From NCBI RefSeq assembly GCF_000143415.4, contig NW_003314269.1:807246-871245 (forward strand): a stretch of DNA of 64,000 nucleotides, written 5' to 3'. Position 1 is the stretch's first letter, and every line of letters starts with the position of its first letter. Shown here one piece after another: positions 1 through 12,716 of this stretch. The translations under genes were made by a program, and so were the position numbers. The DNA comes from Selaginella moellendorffii. Taxonomy: Eukaryota; Plantae; Lycopodiophyta. A model generated the notes under the pieces. That model did not search any database. It was not told the DNA's origin and was given only the letters and a program-made list of their open reading frames with translations.

Positions 1-60
1 TCTTAATATTAATGCTATTAAACTTAATTTTAGTTTGGGGAATACGTAATAAAATATATT

Positions 61-891
61 GGGGGAGAAAACAATACTTTAAATTACCAAGAAATGAATG
101 AACTATTTAGATCAGGCTTTCGTGAACTTTTGATGTGTATTAATACATCTATTGAATATAATTCAAATGGTATCTATTATGATTCTCAAGCAATACATTT
201 TGGTAGAGGCTCTGCTATTTTAATATTTTAATGTAAAGCTGTCCCTTTTTACTGTAATAGTAAAGGACAAAATGGTATAATTCATGGTTATCAAATAAGG
301 GATAGTTTAAGACATTTAATTGATATGTTTAGAAAAGATATGTATATTGCAGGTTCTAGTTTATTTAGTGTTACTGGTCTACATTATTCCTTTGCATATA
401 ATGTTTTTTATTGGTGAAATAATTCAACAACTTTAAATTCTTTACAAGAACAAATTAGATATATTGAATCAAATAACCTAAATTGTTACATAAAATTAAC
501 AACTTTATATGGTGGATTTCCTAATATTTTTCTCATGACAGATTCTTTTCTTGTATCTCCAAATGGTAAAAATATTTTATTATTAAGATCAAATTGTAAA
601 CTTGAGCTTTATTCTGGAAAAATATCTATATGGGTACCCCCAAATAAAGAAGAATATTATAGTTTACGTAAGCTAATACTTCAAATTGATGGAAGTTTAG
701 TTTTATATAATGAAAAGAAAAAGGTAGTCTGGTCCATTAATAAATATTGTAAGCATTCATATTGTTTACAAATTACATATTTAACTATACAAGATGATTG
801 TAATATTGTTATATACAATGGAAGGGTACCAAATTATCCTTGGTGGGATTCAAGAACTTATAAACATCCATATTGTATAAATAATTTATAG
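61..891 (+). pseudogene. AT-rich gene or pseudogene: unknown N-terminal domain plus C-terminal bulb-type (GNA/B-) mannose-binding lectin domain
   Basis: ORF 535-891 has B-lectin repeats (LILQIDGSLVLY, LTIQDDCNIVIY, W..RT). The same frame reads from 61 with only two stops (TAA 229-231, TGA 415-417). The 5' end is unclear. Confidence 0.6.
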
Positions 892-1639
892 ATTTATTTT
901 AAATTATTAATAATTATTATTATTATGATAAGATTTATTAAAATTTAATTTTAAGCTTATAATAGGGAAAAAGGGAAAAATAATCTTAGTATCCCTATTG
1001 CCAAATCTTATTACGCATTCCTTGTATGAGAACCTTAATTGATTATACTATAACTTGTATTCATCCTAAAATAAGCAACTTCAAAATTAGTATTGAGGTC
1101 AATTAAATATTCTTAGTTGGAATAGGATGATAAATTACATTTTTTATGTAAAATAAAAAATTGAATTTAAAAAGGTTAATATACTCCTTTTGGAGCTAAT
1201 TAACAGTCATATCATCATGATGAACTAAAAGAATTTATCTACATAGATAAATGATAAGAAGTAGAGTTAAAATAAACATGATAGAGTGACTCACTCTAGC
1301 TGTCTGGTTGCTGAAGAAGCTCCTCTAGCACCCGGATCAAGCTCCATTGAAACACCTCTGCCACTTTCAAGCGGATATGGCCCTGCAGCTCCGGCGTACT
1401 GATTCCCAGCCTGGAGATACGCGATGATGGGATCCTCGGAATTTCGCATTTGCCCTGTCTCTCGCCAAGTCTGGTGTTGGGCTTTAGCTGCCATGGTGGT
1501 TGTGGGGAATTTTTATGGATACATAGACTACCACCAACATCTTGGTTGCTCTTGACCACCTTAAGCTGCCACTGCCAGTAGAGTTTGCACGGGACAAGTC
1601 TATAAATAAAATATATTTAGGAAAGATCTTAGAAATTAT

Positions 1640-3050
1640 ATTATACTATAAGTTGTATGTCATATGAAATAAGGCTAACAATATTGGCAATCATAAGTTG
1701 TTGTGCTTATGGACTTCTCAGACAACCACCCCTCTTCGATCCCTTTCAATGATGTGTTGACATAGATGTCGAAGAACATAAATATGCCACTTAAATCATC
1801 ATTAATATGCAATGCCAAAAACATCTAACCTTCACTTATAGTTTGCATGATGTAAACAACCTTTTTTATCATATTATCAAACACTTTTAATAATCTTTTC
1901 TCTTTGTTCATTAAGTAAACATTGAGGAACTCTACAACCTTTATCTATTGCTTGTATGGAAGCCTAATTTTGTAATATTATAAATCATGTCATCTAGAGT
2001 TTTATTCATTATAAAAGTAACATATGTGTAATTGAGAAAAATGAAGTATATGTTAAGAAATTTACATTGTGAGTAGTAATTTTAGGTAGCCTGCAATTAT
2101 CTATAATGCATACTAGTTTCTTCAACTTTGAAGATTTTATAAGTTGAATTTTGTGCTCAATTTATATGAGCTTAATTGAAAGCTCTTCTCAACTCTTCTC
2201 TAAATGTACAAGTTCATAAATATTTTGCTTGACTTTCACTTAAGGCTAGAAACCAAAACAATAAAAAGAAGCTCTTATAAAGTGAAAGGGAAATATATAC
2301 CTTACACCACATCGTGAGCATAAAATTAATTGGGTTATTGAACCATCATCCTTACTTAAGTGTGCCAAAAATGGAATTGCTCAATGTCACGGATAAGGTT
2401 TTATTTTTGAACAATAAACTACCCAAGCTTGCATTCAAATATGACAAAGAAAGTTAAAGTGGAGTTAGAGGTGAAATTATAAAATTTATGCATTGATCTT
2501 TTAGTAGGCCAAGATAAGTTTGTTGATGTCCAGAGATCCCCTCGCATAGATATGGCTAATTAAAACATTGATATGGTAAATGGGATCATTGCAAAAATAA
2601 TTGTTAACACACTTCATCAAAGCCATATACCAATAGTTACTATCAATAATTTGGAATATTGTCTTTGCAAGTTCCCGAGTCTCAAGATGGTTGATAAGCA
2701 TGTTATTGAATTCAGGAGATTTCCTCTTCTAAATAAGATCCTAGCTATTTATGATCTCAGGTATGATGGTAATAATTTCCATTGCTTTTAGCAGTAGAAA
2801 GAGACTAAAAACATATTAATATTCATCACAATGCCATTTTGTTTGAACAAGCTAACATACTTGAATGTTGTACGCACAAAATTTGTTTGCTGCAAATAGC
2901 AAAGAGAGATTTCTTTAATCAAGTCATTAAGGCCTAACCACTTAAGCCCCTTAAATGTTTGGTAAATTATTGTTTCCCTTATTTGTATAATAGTCTTTTG
3001 GAAGTGCTTATACACCATGTTATCACGAAGGTTTATAGTTATTTTAATTC
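1640..3050 (-). mobile_element. Heavily decayed Ty1/Copia pol remnant
   Basis: Degenerate integrase-like KQNGIVMNINMFLV (cf. QQNGVAERKNRTLV) near 2800-2850. RT-like VYIMQTISEG*MFLALHINDD (cf. LALYVDD) near 1795-1860. Confidence 0.35.
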
Positions 3051-3624
3051 CAGGTTGTTTATTAGGTTCCCTATTGTGAACATTGCTAGATTCCCTAACT
3101 TCGGGGATTTGTTAGTGGTGGGCTAGTGAAGAGTAAAGGTGAAGGTAGTGGTGGTGATAGTGGTGGTGGTGGCAATGGTAGTAATAGAGAATTTTGATCT
3201 TGTATTAGTAGTGTAGTGTCCTAATTTGTTGGTGTGACTAGTGTTAAATTTTGTTTTGGTAGTGATAGCTACAAATCCTAATATAGGGATAAAGTTGGTG
3301 CATCCAAGTGTGTAAGAGATGGCTGTAGCAATGTGGTAATGTGATCTTTAAGTAATAGCATTTTTGTTGATGTGTCAATCAATATATCAATTGTAAAGTT
3401 TTTATCAATGTTGAATTTAACTTTTCATGCCCTCTTGGCTATGGCAACTTTTTTAGGTGGTACTATTTTTCTTTTTTGCACTAAGGAATTTTCATTAGTC
3501 AAAGTAAAAAAAGAGAATAAAAATGGAAAAAATTCAAACAATTCAAATTTCAAGAAAACAAAACAAAAAGGTGGTTGCTTTAGGCATTTTCACAACTACA
3601 AGTCATTTCTGCAGACCCTCATAG

Positions 3625-4050
3625 CTACTTGAGCTTGACCTTAGGCATTTTTACAGCTTGGGGGGCTAAAGCTATTTAAATAATCTTGGCCTCCTAAGCT
3701 GCAAAAGTGCCTGAGTTAGCTAGCCTGAGCTCAACTTCGGGCACTTATATGGCACAAGGGGCCAAGGTTATTTGAATAACCTTAGCCCTTAAGTTGCAAA
3801 AGTGCTTGAGATGGCTGCATTGAACTTGACTTTAGGCATTTTTGTGGCCCAAGGGGCTAATGTTATTCAAATAACCTTGGCCCCTAGGTTGCAAAAGTGC
3901 TCAAGATGGTTGGCCTAAGCTCAACCTTAAACACTTTTGCAACTTAAGAAGCTAAGGAAGTGCCTAAAGTGGCTAGTCCAAACTCAACTTTAGACACTTT
4001 TGGAGCCTAAGAGCCAAGGTTATTTAAATAACCTTGGCCTCTTAGGTTAC
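3625..4050. repeat. Tandem array of ~95-96 bp units, each largely a palindrome centred on GGTTATTTAAATAACC
   Basis: Palindrome centres at ~3677, 3773, 3868 and 4025, plus one centre-deleted unit at ~3915-3985. Arms GGCACTTTTGC...GCAAAAGTGCC. Confidence 0.85.
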
Positions 4051-4722
4051 GATGCCCGAGTAAAATGCCCAAACTAGTGCAAAATGTCTGAAATGGCCAC
4101 CCGAGAAAAGGGAGAAAAAAGAAAAAAAGCAAATAAATGGAAGAAATTCACCCTTATTGGCATGTTTTTAGTCATATCACTCACTCTCAATCTCTTGAGT
4201 GTTAGATGTTCTTTTGCTCTTGTTGTCACTCTCTCGCGTGTTGCTTGATCTTTCAAGCACTCTAGATTTCTCATACGTTGCTTGATGACTCACTCTCAAT
4301 TTCTTGTGCATTTGATTGTTTAACAACTTATAGTGCAAACATTTATGGCTACCCTAACCCTAACCAATCTTGCATCCTAGCTGTTTATTCAAAATAACTT
4401 AAATATCGGCTTTCTATTTCTTTATCACCACATCAGTATATCATAGATCTTATTTTATCTTATCATTATTATTTTATGCCAATTTATGGTTATATTTTAA
4501 TGATAATATAACTAACACCTATCATACTTCTTTATTTAAAAGTGTTATTGGCATTGGGGGACAGATATCTTTTACCCTTTGTGAAATTCATGATTTAGAT
4601 ATAACACTCTCCTAGAAATGGTTATGGTTTTTAATGTTTGAAGGTTTTATGTTTGTAACAATTATGGTGGCATGATTCTTGCTGTTTGTGGATTGGCACG
4701 GGTAATCAATTGAACAGGTGTG

Positions 4723-4751
<29 letters not shown>
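4723..4751. repeat. (CT)n microsatellite
   Basis: Directly visible. Confidence 0.95.
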
Positions 4752-4755
<4 letters not shown>

Positions 4756-5499
4756 TAGGTTTTTATGGTCCTGCCCTTTTGTTGTGGCTGTAGATCCACT
4801 ATCTAGATTACATATGTAGAAACATACTCCAGCGAAAGGCTCTTCCCATTTGTCATTTGAGGACAAAATTGACAATGACACCAATAAAATAGCTCTGGTA
4901 TGGTTTAGCAACTTTGGTCAAGTCCACTAATGCATAAGAGTTTGCAAGTGAACTGAAAAAAAAAAGGGGGGGCATTATAAAACATTAACTTTTTGGGATG
5001 AAATTTTGAATGAGCTTCAATCATTGAGAAATGAAGTGGTAATAAACTTGCCTCCACGATGCTATGAGATGCTTATGCCATTATAGTGTAGGTAAAGTGC
5101 CAAAACAAGGCTGCAGACTTGAGAAAGGATCTGTCGATGGTAAAAAATGAGGCCCTGGCATGACCTTTATTTAGTAGTGAATTTCAGATTACTTGGTTGT
5201 CGCAAGCTTATGGTTGTCAAACAGCTCAGAGAGAAAAGGACTTGGAGTGATGCTTATGATCCCTTACAGAGGCCAAATATGTGGTTTTCAAAATTCTTTC
5301 AGCTTTGCATTTTAATTTCTCTCCTATGCCAGGCAGAAGCTAACTATCATTGGAGGCGCAAGTAGAACCGCACAGAAAAATCAGCTTGTGGAGAGCTTGG
5401 CTCACACGGTGAAGGGGAACAAAATTGAAGTGAAGCACTTGCTAATGGAGCCATTAGAGCATCAAAGAAAGTATCCTAGTTGGGGAGGAATAAGCAGCA

Positions 5500-6712
5500 A
5501 GATCGATTGGTGACGAGCTTTAAAGTATCCTTGTCTCAGGTTCTCGTTCCATACTACCCAATAGAGGCCCCGGGTCGCCGGTCTCAACCGCCCGGTTCTC
5601 GAGTGCAACGACCAAGGCGTCGAATTTGTGGTAGCATTTGCCAATGCGAGCTTCCACGACTGGAGCGATTCCATGAAGCACTGCTCAATCGAGCATGAGC
5701 TCAACCCGGCACAGACCGAGATCACAGATCACAAGAATTTCCCGCAGCTCAAAGTCCAGGCAAGTCCGGAGACTTTACGTTTACCTGTTCTGACCGTGTT
5801 TGCAGGTCACCAAGTTCCGGTGTGGCAGGATCGCCCTCGGCCTCGTCACCACCCACATTGTCACCAACGGCTCGTCCATCTTTGCGTTCTTCAAGGCCTG
5901 GTCGGATATCCATCAAGGATTGCCACCGCCGAATCCAATGCCATCATTCGACTCCAGCATCCTCAGGGCCCGAGATCCCCCCAGCATCAAGATGCCCATC
6001 CGGGACTACGTCGCGGTGCCACCGTCCCTGGCCCAGGATCACACTGGAAAGGATATCTCTCCCAAATACCACAACCGGGCATTCCACATGAGCGAGCTCC
6101 AGCTCTCGCATCTCAGGCACGAGATCACGTCCGGCCCATTCTCCTACGGCAGCTTCCCGAGGCCGTGGCAGCCCTCGTCTGGAAATCCATCAGTGAGGCG
6201 CGGGATCTCGTCGACACCGCCATCGCCACATTCGTCTACTCGGGCTCTGCCAAGGCCGGCAAGAACCGGCGGCATCCCGGACGAGTTGTGCGGCACCTCC
6301 GCCATGACCCGTGTCCGGCGCGCGACCTCAAGAACAAGCACATCTCCTTGGCCGCTCGCGTCGTCCACGACGACATCCGGGCCATCACCCACGAGCGATT
6401 CCATTCCACCATTGACTGGATGGAGCTGGAAGGAATCGGCAGCCCCAGGAGATCGCGGTCAACATGAGGGCCGGGATGGCGGTCTACTCCGTTGACCTGG
6501 TCACCTTCCTCTACGACGTTGACTTTGGGTGGGGGCGGCCCGCCCACTTCTCGCTGGTGCTGGAGCCGTGGTATGGCAACGGGGTGGTGGTGTTTCTTCC
6601 CACTGCCCAGGGAGGGACGCGAGAGCGCCGCATTGTGGTCATGCTCCTTGACGATGAAATGAAGAGGTTGCTGCAAGTTGAGCTCCTCGCCAAGTTCGCC
6701 ACCTTGGAATGA
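5500..6712 (+). pseudogene. BAHD acyltransferase pseudogene
   Basis: SLSQVLVPYYP, QVTKFRCG, HIVTNG (HxxxD with D>N) and DFGWG motifs are spread over several frames (frameshifts). Confidence 0.85.
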
Positions 6713-6900
6713 AGGGTTCTCGTAGAGATTCGAGGCAAAGCAAGTAAATTCGTTTCAACGATCGTTTCATCGATCGGAGCAGAGTAGATACAAGAATCTC
6801 GGATTCTCGAGCAAAACAAGAATGCGATCCGAGAGGGAGAGAAACTAAGAACGAGGGTCGATCCGTCCGTGAGAGAGGAAAGAAAGGACAGAGGCCATCG

Positions 6901-7581
6901 TCAAGGAGAGTGAGAGGACTCGGCGGCACGAGCGGTGCACATCCTGGAACACGGAACCCTCATGAAGGCTTGGCTCGTCCGGGACGGCACCTCCTTTCCC
7001 TTGCCAAGCTCCGGCAGCGGGAGCTTGGGCTTGGATCGATGAGCATCGTTGCCGGTGGGGGCGGGCTCTCCAGATCTTGGCACCTGGATCAAAGAATGAA
7101 GGAAAAGAATCACATTTTCGTTCCATACCTTTGCGACGCGAGGAAACATCTGTGCGAACCACGCCGCTGGCAGCCACGCCCACAGGATCTGGGCCGCCGT
7201 TTCTCGGATCGGGCCATAGACCAGCTCCGTGACCGGTCCCTGGATCGTCCCTGTGATCATCCTGTTGATCGGCCCCTCGATCATCCCTGTGATCGTCCTG
7301 TCGACCGGGCCCTCGATCATCCTTGTGATCGTCCTGTCGACCGGGCCCTCGATCATCCCTGTGATCGTCCTGTCGACCGGGCCCTCGATCATCCTGGTGA
7401 TCGGCCCCTCGATCATCCCTGTGATCGTCCTGTCGACCGGGCCCTCGATCATCCTGGTGATCGGCCCCTCGATCATCCTGGTGACCGGCCCCTCGAAACT
7501 AAATTTGATCACCATCCCCGCCAGCATCGATACGAGCAGGGACTTCGCCAAGAACTTCGCCGCGTCCCAGCCCCAGCCCAT
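6901..7581 (-). CDS. Orphan protein with hydrophobic N-terminal segment and (MIEGPITR)/(MIEGPVDRTITG) repeats
   Basis: Open frame from ATG 7581 (MGWGWDAAKF...). Degenerate paralogous copies nearby show conservative substitutions in this frame. Confidence 0.5.
   Translation of the reverse strand: MGWGWDAAKFLAKSLLVSMLAGMVIKFSFEGPVTRMIEGPITRMIEGPVDRTITGMIEGPITRMIEGPVDRTITGMIEGPVDRTITRMIEGPVDRTITGMIEGPINRMITGTIQGPVTELVYGPIRETAAQILWAWLPAAWFAQMFPRVAKVWNENVILFLHSLIQVPRSGEPAPTGNDAHRSKPKLPLPELGKGKEVPSRTSQAFMRVPCSRMCTARAAESSHSP
7225..7495. repeat. Coding minisatellite of mixed 24-bp and 36-bp units
   Basis: Repeated CCCTCGATCATCC(C/T)TGTGATCGTCCTGTCGACCGGG and CCCTCGATCATCCTGGTGATCGGC. Confidence 0.9.
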
Positions 7582-8559
7582 CGCTCCGCCCGCGCGCTTC
7601 CTCCCCTCCAAGAAAGAAAACTAGGGCTCCTACCCAAGAAACCATGGCAAAGGGGAGGGATTCATGATTGCGCTGTCCACCTGGATGGTTCACGCTACAC
7701 GGTTCTTGCAAGAAGAATTTCTTGTATAGCCAATGTGCTAAACTTTCGATGAAAAACCTTCATATTGGTCAACTACTGGCACATGAAGCGTGATGGCTGG
7801 CCGAGGAAGCTGAAGTGCTCAAGGACGAGGAGCTAGGGGTGCGCTGAAAGTTGGAGCTTTGTCTTGTGAAATCTTCTGAAGCTGGGACGTGTTGCGGCTG
7901 GCTGGAAGCTGGGGTGGACTATCACGAGGACGTGTTGCGGCTGACTGAGAAAGCCATTTGAATCAATCGAGCAGCATCGCCCAAGCCCACTATCACCTTT
8001 GATTCGGAAGAAGGACGCCTGGCTACAGAGGGGACGGGGGCTGGATCATGCCTCCAGCGCAAACCGGGCAGATTCGTACGTGAATTGTCCGAGCTTGATC
8101 TGGGGCTTCCATCTTGCGATGGCGTGCCTGGTCGTAGATTTCCACGTTGATGCCGGGTTCACTTCTTTGCAGTAGTTCGTCAAGTGCTCCCTTCGCTGGA
8201 TTGTAGTGCGATGTAGAACCATTGTTCCAGCTTTTTGTCAAGGATTTTCATACTCCTCGCTCTAGAAGTGATGGACTTCATCTTGCCCTTGTATTGTGAT
8301 TATCTTGGTTTTGGTTAGTTATGGCTTGATTGTAAGTGATCTTGGGATCTTGTCTGTTGCAGCTATGCACTTGGCATTTTGTGAATTGGCGTAAGCAACA
8401 GCTTGACATATAGTTATATTTTTATAGGCCTATGGCAGCGAGAGCTTGGGCTCGCATCAATGAGCATTGCTGCCAGTGGGCAGAGAAAAGTTCTATATAA
8501 AGAGAAATATGATGTACATAATTGAAACCAGGCATAAGAATCGATCCAAACTAACCGCG

Positions 8560-8830
8560 CTCCAGATCTTGGCACCGGTCACCAAGCCTGAAGATGAATC
8601 AGAGAATTGGATCAAAGGAAAAAGGATCTCATTTTCGTTTCATACAGTGAACCATGCCTCTGGAAACCATGCATAGACAGTCCCTGTGATCATCCTGTTG
8701 ATCGGTCCCTCGATCATCCCTGTGAGCAGACCGTCGATACTAACTTTGATCACCAGCGCCGCTAGAGCACGGACTTGGCAAAGAACTCCGCCCGCTCCCT
8801 CCCTTCCAGGAAAGAAAACTAGGAACCATG
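8560..8830 (-). pseudogene. Degenerate copy of the 6901-7581 repeat-protein gene with collapsed repeats
   Basis: Translates as FFAKSVL/LAALVIKVSIDGLLTGMIEGPINRMITGT.YAWFPEAWF with deletions and stops. Confidence 0.7.
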
Positions 8831-9371
8831 ACCATTTGCCTGACCCTTGCCAAAAAATCTAGAAGAAATTTGATCTTGAAACGATCTCCTCAAGCCTACC
8901 GTTGGATTTTCTTCTACACTTTCTATCAAGTGCCTTCTCTATGGACAAAGAATGCTTCTCGGTCTAGGGCGTTCCTTAATCGCAGTCCAGCCCAATAAAC
9001 GAAAAGTCTGGAAGTATTGTCAACTTTGGTCAACATAATCCTGAAGCACTGGCGAGGTCGTGAGCTCATTTCGAGTACATTAGATCAAACAGACATGGTG
9101 GCTTCCACAAGCTCGGTAAGATTAGTGTCCGTAGTCCAGATCCCATCTCCAACTTCTACTCGGAACGGAGGATTTGAGCAACGGCAGCTAATGCATGTAA
9201 GTCGAGCCATTCGTTTCTCTCGTTCGCAGGAACAGTGGAAGATGCAAGCCGACCAAGAAATTCAAGTTTGCTGTAAGGATAGTTATAAATTATTATCATT
9301 GTTTCCTAAACTGGAAAGTGTTCTCTACACAAAACAGCAAATTAAAATGTAATTTATTCTACATATTAATT

Positions 9372-9533
9372 GGAACTTGGGCTTGGATCCATGGTCGTTG
9401 CCAGTTCCCCAAGCCTGGATCAAAGAATTAAAACGAATCTCACATTTTCGTTTCATACCTGAGAACCACGCCCGTCTCTCGGATCACGCCATAGACCAGC
9501 TCCGTGACCGGTCCCTCGATCATCCCTGTGATC
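9372..9533 (-). pseudogene. Third fragment of the repeat-protein gene
   Basis: ITGMIEGPVTELVYGVIRET; nucleotide match to ~7020-7260. Confidence 0.7.
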
Positions 9534-9569
9534 AAGCTGATCTCAATTAGATTAGTCTTGTTGGTTCGG

Positions 9570-9930
9570 CCAAGCACTGTCTTTAGTGCTAGATAATTAT
9601 ATGTCGTACCTGACTTGCGAAGATAAACATTAGAATCTGCTGAAATACTCACAAAACCAATGGAGAGTAGATAGCTGTTCATCTTCGCATACCATTGCCA
9701 TGGAGACTGCTTTAATCCATATAAAGCCTTCTTAAGCTTGCACACCTTGCGTACAACATATCCTTCTGGCTGAAGGACATAAAACTCCTCGTCAAGATCG
9801 CCATAGAGAAACGCTGTAGCTGTTCCACTCTTTCTCGGCTGCAACCTCTGTCACTAAGGTTCTTCTCCATGAAGAAAAACTGCATCTGAGTTCGCCATCC
9901 ATGGAAATCTCTACCATAAAAAACTTCCAT
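9570..9930 (-). mobile_element. Internally deleted Ty1/Copia fragment (gag N-terminus joined to RT)
   Basis: EVFYGRDFHGWRTQMQFFF (gag) is adjacent to TAFLYGDLDEE...LKKALYGLKQSP (RT). Confidence 0.8.
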
Positions 9931-10121
9931 TGTCTAAAGCCATCCCAGAAAACCTAGTGCTCCTGGATTAGGCTTTAGGCATGGTTCACTTTTCATCACA
10001 CAAAGGAAAAACACACCCCCTTAACTGCCTACCTCTAGAGAAACTCAAGTGAGAAGTGTCCTGGGGGTCATGCGTGATACAAATTATTCTCCAGAGCTCA
10101 GTAACACATTGGAGCCCCAAG

Positions 10122-11175
10122 AGTCCCTGCCATGCTGCAAAACATGTCGTCTCTGCAGTTACTCTTGCTCTCAAACAGCAGCTTCAGTGGCTCCATCCCG
10201 GCTTCCCAGGCTCACGAACTTCCGAGCCATTGACTTCTCGGTTAACAGGTTCTCGGGGGAGATACTGGCAAGCATTGGTCGACTGTTTGCCAACGTCACA
10301 CTGTGGAAACTTTACCACATGAGCAGCACCACCCCCTACCCCGTCTATGTTTTCCCAACAACCATAAACTTCTCCTCCAAACAGCAGAGTGGAGGCATTC
10401 CAGCGGTCATTGGTACTGTCTACCAGGTGCTGGATTTGACACTGAGTGGACGACTTGGGCCCGAAAGTAAACACTCTCACGCTCTAGTTCAAGGAGAGCA
10501 AAACCCACCTTGAGCGTTCCAGTGTCTCGTACACGCAGAAGTTTATCGCAATCGTTAGGCCTACGGACTGGCAGAAGTCAAGTCTATGGCGTTTTGCACT
10601 CGAAGAACGTACCGGCCAGAGTCCCTTGTATGGGCCAAAGCTCTCCTGTTGATGGATTGTGGAAAGCTTGCGATAGATGCCCGTATATTGCTTTGAGGTC
10701 TGCAAATCACAGACCTGCCAGGTGAAGAGCAAGGCGCAAAATAACTCCCAACAAACTCTCTGTCATACTTCAGCTAAGAGCTTCTCAGGAATTGCCTGGA
10801 ACATCCCTTGCATCATCTTTTGCACTACTAGACAAATATCTGTGGCCACTAGCATTTGAACCCTCTTTATATACTAAGGCATATATAAAGTCCAAATCAA
10901 AGAGTTTCATGCTTGGATGGTCAAACAAGTAAATATAAAGTAGCTACAAGACAAGTGGAACTGTAAAAATAAGATAAATAGGCTATAATTTAGCTAGGAG
11001 GCTAGGAATTAGTTTACATGTGTGCAATAAAGAATTGGCAGGCTAAAATTAAACAAGATGTGGTAGTACAGTTTGACAAGTCAAAAAACATAAGATAATA
11101 TATATATAAAAAAACTATGAGTATGACTAGTCACTACTAGAATGTATATGTTTTGAATATTCAATGATGTGGCTG
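10122..11175. pseudogene. Chimeric cassette: LRR-receptor fragment (+), carrier-gene fragment with introns (-), AT-rich tail
   Basis: 10122-10442 matches the LRR/island region of the receptors. 10447-10820 is the reverse complement of ~24975-25425. 10297-11175 is repeated at 27916-28772. Confidence 0.85.
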
Positions 11176-11339
11176 CTGGATTGCTACAAAACTAGATTGG
11201 GTATAACTTTCTTGGGTCACACTAGTCTTTCCTGGCCAAATTATAGAGTCCAACCTCTCCCCCCCCCCCCCCCCCCCTTCCATATTATACTTTTAGAACC
11301 TTTAGTAGCCTTCCCACCTCATTACGTATATTAATATTT

Positions 11340-11515
11340 GGACTCGGACTTGGTCTTGGTCTCGGTCTTGGTCTTAGTCTTGGTTTTAGTCTCCACCTCA
11401 GACTCCACTTCGAACTCCACCTTAGACTCCACCTTGAACTCCACCTTGGGCTCTATCTTAGTCTTGGGCTCCATCTCAGTCTTGGACTCTATCTCAGATT
11501 CCATCTTAGACTCCT
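11340..11515. repeat. Degenerate 6/12-bp minisatellite (GTCTTG / GACTCCACCTT); a related tract lies at ~19485-19628
   Basis: Directly visible periodicity. Confidence 0.75.
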
Positions 11516-12716
11516 CACACTTGGTCCTAACATTTCCACGTGTCATTACACTTGCCATATGTCAATTCTTTTTGTGTCCCTTTTTAGAGACTCATTCATT
11601 AATCACTTTATATTTGTTCCTTGACCACTTTGTTAGGAGTTCCACTCCCGCTCTCGACTTTTTCAGTCGAAGTTTTTGGTCCAAACATGTTATGCTCATT
11701 GAACTTCTATTTCAACCACTACCTTGTGACACACTTTTAACTCCACTTTAGGGTTTAAGGATTTATGTCTCATATAAGTTTGCCAACTTTTACAGTTTCA
11801 TAGTAGATAGGGCTAGGGCTAATTGGAATGGCATTTAATGATCAGCCCTTAAAAGGTCATAAGAGCACTTTTGAATTCCACTAAGCTCAAAACCTAAACT
11901 AACACTACCACCTTATTAAGCTAAATTTCCAATTAGCAATTAAGGAGTTTTGCAAAAAATGGTAAATTGTACTTTCTAAAGAAGAGCACAAAGCAAAAAT
12001 AAACAAGATTTAAATGTAGTGTTGTGAAGATGGTTATATAGATATAAGTTGTCTACCACAACTCGAGTCATGGTTGGGGTGGTGGAAAGTTAAGATATTT
12101 TAGTGGGGACATCACTCTTTTCATATTGATTTTTTTTATTGCTTTTTAATATCACCTTTTCATTATGACCAACCCTTCTATGCACTCTAACTATTAATTT
12201 CTCCAAAAGTAAGCAGTAAAGTAGGGAAAGGGAAGATGAGTTTATATAAAGTATGTGTATTAGAGTTGATATGTGCTATAAAGTGATCTTTAAAAGCCAT
12301 AGCATTCAAGAAAGAAAAATATATGAGAACAAAGCCTTCTCTTGAAATGTTACATGACGAGATGAAGAGGAAAATGACTCTACTAGCACAAATAGTGGCA
12401 ACTATAATGCAGGAAGTGGTCTATGGCACATTTATAGAGTACACTCCTTGGGCTTTTATTAATGAGATGAAGACTGCCCACTCAAAGTGTCATTTTTCCG
12501 TAAAATGTTGACACAGATTTTGGAGAGAAAAACTCTTATAGGCTTGATGTTGAGTACCATTTTGCTCCAAGACACTACCCCTCAAAGTGAGCCATCTCAA
12601 ATGTCTAATGAAGAAAGTGCATCATAACAGGTTGAAATCACTTATTATAACATAGAGTTGAGACAATAGACAATCTATCAAGTGTAAGTAATCCAATATA
12701 AGGTATGTGGGAATGT

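Noticed and set aside
229-417. Stops repaired by U-to-C RNA editing
   Set aside because: Such editing is organellar. Deamination in methylated nuclear DNA is the simpler explanation.
1290-1600. GC-normal short ORFs within the AT-rich block
   Set aside because: No recognisable motif. They may be a captured fragment, but there is no support for that.
3625-4050. CRISPR-like palindromic repeat/spacer array
   Set aside because: The 'spacers' are homologous to each other, no cas genes are present and the context is eukaryotic.
6910-7752. + strand DHPCDRPV-repeat ORF (possible metal-binding protein)
   Set aside because: It is open because of the minisatellite. Paralog substitutions favour the minus-strand frame.
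10823-10836. CACTACTAGA as a CACTA terminus (also 28436; CTAGTG at 4074)
   Set aside because: No partner TIR or TSD was found. The first two align loosely with carrier intron sequence and the third abuts repeat-like sequence.
11331-11751. TK/ES-repeat and SVL-repeat ORFs
   Set aside because: By-products of a hexamer minisatellite in decayed DNA.
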